A stretch of 64,000 nucleotides of DNA from an uncultured Chloroflexia bacterium. Its GTDB lineage: Bacteria; Chloroflexota; Dehalococcoidia; UBA2979. Shown piece after piece: positions 60,102 through 64,000 of this stretch (position 1 is its first letter; each line of letters opens with the position of its first letter). Where the stretch lies: NCBI GenBank assembly GCA_963728205.1, contig CAVSIV010000002.1:288001-352000 (forward strand), given 5' to 3'. A program made the translations under genes and the position numbers. The notes under the pieces were generated by a model that was given only the letters and a program-made list of their open reading frames with translations, was not told the DNA's origin and did no database searches.

Positions 60102-60103
60102 GC

Positions 60104-61402
60104 ATGCATCGACCCGACTTCAGTCGAAAGCGGCGCGGCGAGGCGCTGGGCATCGCCCGCGGCCTCGGCACGCGCTCGTGGTCCGCGATCCGCAACTCCC
60201 CGGGACTGCTCGTGCTCGCCTTCTTCCTCGGCGCCTCGCTGTGGGTCTTCGTTACCGACACCGAGAACCCGACGGTCGTCGACCTCTTCCCCTCGCCCAT
60301 CCCCGTGCAGGCGGTGAACGTCGGCGAGAACCTCGCGGTCGCGAACCAGCTCTCCTCGGTCGACATCCGCGTCGCCGCGCCCCGCGATCGCTGGTCGCAG
60401 CTCACCTCCGCGAACTTCCACGCCTTCGTCGACCTCAAGAGCCTCGACGCCCGCGAGCAGCAGGTGCGCGTGCAGGTCGAGGTCGTGGGCACGAGCGGCG
60501 TGCGCGTCGTCGAGGTGCTGCCGCGCACGATCGTCGTGAACCTCGAGGACTACGTGTCGAAGGACGTCCCCGTGTCCGCGGCGATTACCGGGTCCGTGCC
60601 GATCGGCTACGAGATCGGCGACGCCAAGCCGGAGACGGCGACCGTGAAGGTCGAGGGCCCGCGGTCGCTCGTCGATCTCGTGAAGGAGGCCGCCGCCACC
60701 GTGAACGTGACAGGCCTCACGCTCGACTTCGACGCGAGCGTCACACTGTCGGCGCAGGGCGCCGGCGGCGGCGAGATCCGCGGCGTGCGGATCACCCCGT
60801 CGGCCGTGCGCGTGAAGGTGACGATCCTGCAGCGCACCCTCTATCGGACGCTGCCGCTGTCCGTGAAGGTGACCGGCGACCCCGCGTCCGGCTATCGCGT
60901 CACCGGCGTGACCGTGTCGCCGACGACCATCGACGTGCAGGGCAAGATCCAGGCGCTGCAATCGCTCGACGTGCTCGGCCTGCCGGCGGTCGACATCACC
61001 GGCCAGCGCTCCGACGTCGTACGCGCCGTCCAGATCACGCTCCCGAGCGGCGTGTCCACGACGTCCGACTCCTCCGCGACGGTCACGATCACGATCGCGC
61101 CGGTGACCGGCTCGACGCGCATCGAGGTCGCTCCCACCGTGGCGAACGCGCCGGGGGGCACCGACGTCACCGTGGAGCGGTCGGCGGTGTCGGTGACGCT
61201 GCAGGGCCCGGTCCCGGCGCTCAATACGTTGACCCCCAACGATGTGAAGGTCACGCTCGACCTCAAGGGACTCGGTGAAGGGACATTCAACGTCGTGCCG
61301 AAGGTGCAGGTGCCGGACGGCATGACCGTGCTCAGCATCGATCCGCAAACGGTGACCGTGACGCTGCGCCCGAAGCGCGGAACGGCGACGGCTACCCCAT
61401 GA
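60104..61402 (+). CDS. cdaR: CdaR/YbbR-repeat regulator
   Basis: N-terminal TM with LWVFV; repeated beta-rich YbbR units (GY....P..V.V.G); directly follows cdaA. Confidence 0.85.
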   Translation: MHRPDFSRKRRGEALGIARGLGTRSWSAIRNSPGLLVLAFFLGASLWVFVTDTENPTVVDLFPSPIPVQAVNVGENLAVANQLSSVDIRVAAPRDRWSQLTSANFHAFVDLKSLDAREQQVRVQVEVVGTSGVRVVEVLPRTIVVNLEDYVSKDVPVSAAITGSVPIGYEIGDAKPETATVKVEGPRSLVDLVKEAAATVNVTGLTLDFDASVTLSAQGAGGGEIRGVRITPSAVRVKVTILQRTLYRTLPLSVKVTGDPASGYRVTGVTVSPTTIDVQGKIQALQSLDVLGLPAVDITGQRSDVVRAVQITLPSGVSTTSDSSATVTITIAPVTGSTRIEVAPTVANAPGGTDVTVERSAVSVTLQGPVPALNTLTPNDVKVTLDLKGLGEGTFNVVPKVQVPDGMTVLSIDPQTVTVTLRPKRGTATATP

Positions 61403-62751
61403 CCACTTCCGCGCATCGCTCGACGGCCCCGCTCGTCGCCATCGTCGGACGTCCGAACGTCGGCAAGTCCGCGCTCTTCAACCGGCTCACGCGGTCGAAC
61501 CGTGCCCTCGTCGAGGACCTCCCGGGCACGACCCGCGACCGCAACTACGGCAGCTTCGAGTGGAACGGCCGGTTCGTGCGCGTCGTCGACACGGGCGGCC
61601 TGATGGGCCCGGAGGACGACCCATTCGGCCCGCAGGTGCGCGCCGGCGTGGAGCAGGCGCTGGGCGAGGCGAGCGCCGCGCTCTTTCTCGTCGACCCCGC
61701 GACCGGTCTCAGCTCCGTCGACGAGGACATCGCGCGCCTCCTGCACCGCACGGGCCTCCCCGTGCTGCTCGTCGCGACCAAGGAGGACATCAGCCGCACG
61801 CGCGACGCCCTGACCGAGCTCTACAGCCTCGGCTTCGGCCAGCCGCACTCGGTCTCCGCGCTGCACGGCCGCGGCGTGGGCGACCTGATGGACGCGATCC
61901 TCGAGGTCGTCGACGGCGCGCCCGAGCCCGACCTGCCGCGCGGCATCCACATCGCCATCGTTGGCCGGCCGAACGTCGGGAAGTCGTCGCTCGTCAACGC
62001 GATCCTCGGCGAGGAGCGCACGATCGTCTCCGACATTCCCGGGACGACGCGCGACCCTGTCGACACCGCGCTCCGGTTCGCCGGGCACGACATGGTGCTG
62101 GTCGACACCGCCGGCATCCGCCGCCGCGGCCGCGTCGAGCGCGGTGTCGAGCGCCACTCCGTGCAGCGGGCGCAGCACGCGATCGACCGCGCGGACGTCG
62201 TCTTCCTCGTGATCGACCAGGGCGAGTCGACCGCCGCGCAGGACCAGCACATCGCCGGCTACGTCGTCGACGAGGGCAAGGGCATGGTCCTCGTCGTGAA
62301 CAAGTGGGACCTGAGCGAGCCCGGCACGGACCGGCACCTGTTTGCGAAGTCGCTCGACCTGCACTACCGCTTCGCGCCGTGGGCGCCGATCCAGTTCACG
62401 TCCGCGCGCACGGGCGAGGGCATCGCGGACCTGCTCCAGCTCGCGGTGCACATCGCCGAGGTGCGCGAGCGGCGCATCCAGACGTCCGAGCTGAACCGCG
62501 TCGTGCACCGCGCGACGGCCGAGCACGCGCCGCCGACGTCGGGCAGCCGCCGCCTCAAGGTGCTGTACGCGACGCAGGCGGACGTGAAGCCGCCAACGTT
62601 CGTGATCTTCGTGAACGACCCGGAGCTGCTGCACTTCTCGTATCGGCGCTACCTGGAGAATAGAATCAGGGCGGCGTTCGACTTCGAGGGGACGGCCATC
62701 AAGCTCGTGGTCCGTCGGCGGTCCGAGGACGAAGACGAGGTGACCGCATGA
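61399..62751 (+). CDS. der: ribosome biogenesis GTPase Der
   Basis: Two GRPNVGKS P-loops, DTGG/DTAG, NKWD, C-terminal KH-like PPTF...YLEN. Confidence 0.95.
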   Translation: MTTSAHRSTAPLVAIVGRPNVGKSALFNRLTRSNRALVEDLPGTTRDRNYGSFEWNGRFVRVVDTGGLMGPEDDPFGPQVRAGVEQALGEASAALFLVDPATGLSSVDEDIARLLHRTGLPVLLVATKEDISRTRDALTELYSLGFGQPHSVSALHGRGVGDLMDAILEVVDGAPEPDLPRGIHIAIVGRPNVGKSSLVNAILGEERTIVSDIPGTTRDPVDTALRFAGHDMVLVDTAGIRRRGRVERGVERHSVQRAQHAIDRADVVFLVIDQGESTAAQDQHIAGYVVDEGKGMVLVVNKWDLSEPGTDRHLFAKSLDLHYRFAPWAPIQFTSARTGEGIADLLQLAVHIAEVRERRIQTSELNRVVHRATAEHAPPTSGSRRLKVLYATQADVKPPTFVIFVNDPELLHFSYRRYLENRIRAAFDFEGTAIKLVVRRRSEDEDEVTA

Positions 62752-63374
62752 TCGAGGTGCTCGGCGCGCTCATCGGCTACCTGCTCGGATCGATTCCCGT
62801 GGGACTGCTCGTCGGACGGCTCGCGGGCATCGACGACGTGCGCAAGTACGGCTCGGGCAAGACGGGGTTCACGAACGCGCTGCGCACGCTCGGCGCGCGC
62901 TGGGCGGTGCTGGTCGTGGTGCTCGACGTGGCGAAGGGCGCGGCGCCCGTGCTGATCGGCCGCTTCGTCTTCGGCGAGCCGTGGGCGGCGGCGCTGGGCG
63001 GTGTGGCGGCGGTGATCGGACACACGTGGCCGGCGTTCGCCGGCTTCCGCGGCGGCCGCGGCGTGGCGACGGCGTACGGTGCGTTTCTCGCGGTGAGCCC
63101 GCCGGCGGCGCTCGCGGTCGGCGTGGTCGCGGCCGCCGTGCTCGCGATCTGGCGCTACGCGTCGCTGATGTCGGTGGTCGGCGTATTCATCGGCTTCGTC
63201 GTGCTCGTCGGGCTCGTGTTCGCGGGACGGGCGGCGCCCGAGTACCTGCTGTTCGGCGTGCTCACCATGCTGGCCGTCGAGCTCAACCACATCGGCAACA
63301 TTCGCCGGTTGCTGGCGGGCACCGAACCCAAGCTCGGGCAGGGCGGCTCGCAGCGGCCGCCGGCCTCCGCCTGA
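62748..63374 (+). CDS. plsY: glycerol-3-phosphate acyltransferase
   Basis: GYLLGSIP, GSGKTGFTN, DVAKG, GHTWP, GGRGVAT, HIGNIRRL..GTE. Confidence 0.93.
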   Translation: MIEVLGALIGYLLGSIPVGLLVGRLAGIDDVRKYGSGKTGFTNALRTLGARWAVLVVVLDVAKGAAPVLIGRFVFGEPWAAALGGVAAVIGHTWPAFAGFRGGRGVATAYGAFLAVSPPAALAVGVVAAAVLAIWRYASLMSVVGVFIGFVVLVGLVFAGRAAPEYLLFGVLTMLAVELNHIGNIRRLLAGTEPKLGQGGSQRPPASA

Positions 63375-63450
63375 CGTCGCTGCTCGTGGCACGTCGCACC
63401 ACCGTGACCCATGGCCGCGCCTCCGCGCTCCGTGCGGGCGGAGCGGTCGC

Positions 63451-64000
63451 GTGACGGGGCCGGGCTTCGGCCACGCGGCGGTCGTCGGCGCCACGGCGTG
63501 GGGAACCACGCTCGCGGTGCACCTCGCGCGCAACGGGCTCCCCACCACGCTGGCCGTGCGCAGCGCCGCCGAGGCCGCGCGCCTGGCGGCCGCGCGCTGC
63601 AACGAGCGCCGCCTCCCGGGCGTCGCCTTCCCGCCGGCGCTCGACGTCGCGGCGCTCGCCGACGCGCTGCCGGGCGCCGACCTCGTGTGCGTGGCGATCC
63701 CGTCGCGCACGATGTCCGCGAACGCCGCTGCCATCGCGGGCGCGATCGCGCCCGGGGCGGTCGTGCTCAGCGCGACGAAGGGCATCGAGCTCGCGACCGG
63801 CCGTCGCATGTCGGAGCTGCTCGCGGAGGCGCTGCCCGGCCATCCGCTGGCGGTGCTGTCGGGGCCCAACCTCTCGCGCGAGATCGCCGCCGGCATGCCC
63901 GGCAGCACCGTGATCGCCTCGCGCGACGCGCCGCTCGACGCGCTGCGCGACGCGTTCCACACCGAGCTGTTCCGCGTCTATACGAGCGACGACGTCCGCG
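63451..64000 (+). CDS. gpsA: NAD(P)H-dependent glycerol-3-phosphate dehydrogenase (5' part, runs off the window)
   Basis: GTG 63451; VVGATAWGTTLA, ATKGIE, LSGPNLSREI, FRVYTSDD; follows der-plsY. Confidence 0.9.
   Translation, partial: MTGPGFGHAAVVGATAWGTTLAVHLARNGLPTTLAVRSAAEAARLAAARCNERRLPGVAFPPALDVAALADALPGADLVCVAIPSRTMSANAAAIAGAIAPGAVVLSATKGIELATGRRMSELLAEALPGHPLAVLSGPNLSREIAAGMPGSTVIASRDAPLDALRDAFHTELFRVYTSDDVR

Overview
Very high-GC bacterial chromosome segment with no mobile elements or CRISPR arrays. The gene repertoire suggests a monoderm Chloroflexota, probably Dehalococcoidia-like; this is an inference only. (1) About 0-16.6 kb is a hypoxia/NO-stress island centred on a close DosS/DosR (DevS/DevR) look-alike two-component system. 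It also holds otsA, ackA, three USP-domain genes, DoxX, a Tat-lipoprotein Cu nitrite reductase (nirK), a SCO/beta-propeller fusion and several small proteins. DosR-box-like 14-mers recur in most of its promoters. (2) 16.6-30 kb is catabolic: FAD/Fe-S oxidase, thioesterase, Zn-ADH, CocE hydrolase, ABC1 kinase, two tandem P450s (one with an atypical I-helix) and a CLC-CBS-RCK_C transporter. (3) 30-33 kb has HIT, a sensor-less pseudo-kinase plus single receiver, tRNA-Ile2(CAT), Nudix and a His-phosphatase. (4) 33.2-41.5 kb is the best candidate for an undescribed system. It is a five-gene operon encoding a processive GT2 synthase preceded by six MshEN/T2SSE_N repeats, a GT-C-like membrane protein and a PelD-like dead GGDEF with an intact RxxD site, i.e. 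a probable doubly c-di-GMP-gated surface-glycan machine. An EAL-HDOD phosphodiesterase lies 4 kb away. (5) 41.6-64 kb is mostly housekeeping: mutS2, selA, class V aminotransferase-serA, DUF1015, rph, comEA-comEC, argF, cdaA-cdaR-der-plsY-gpsA. Many conserved genes carry small indels that are most likely long-read consensus errors. Two genes appear to start at ATC. All calls come from reading motifs by eye; no database search was run.
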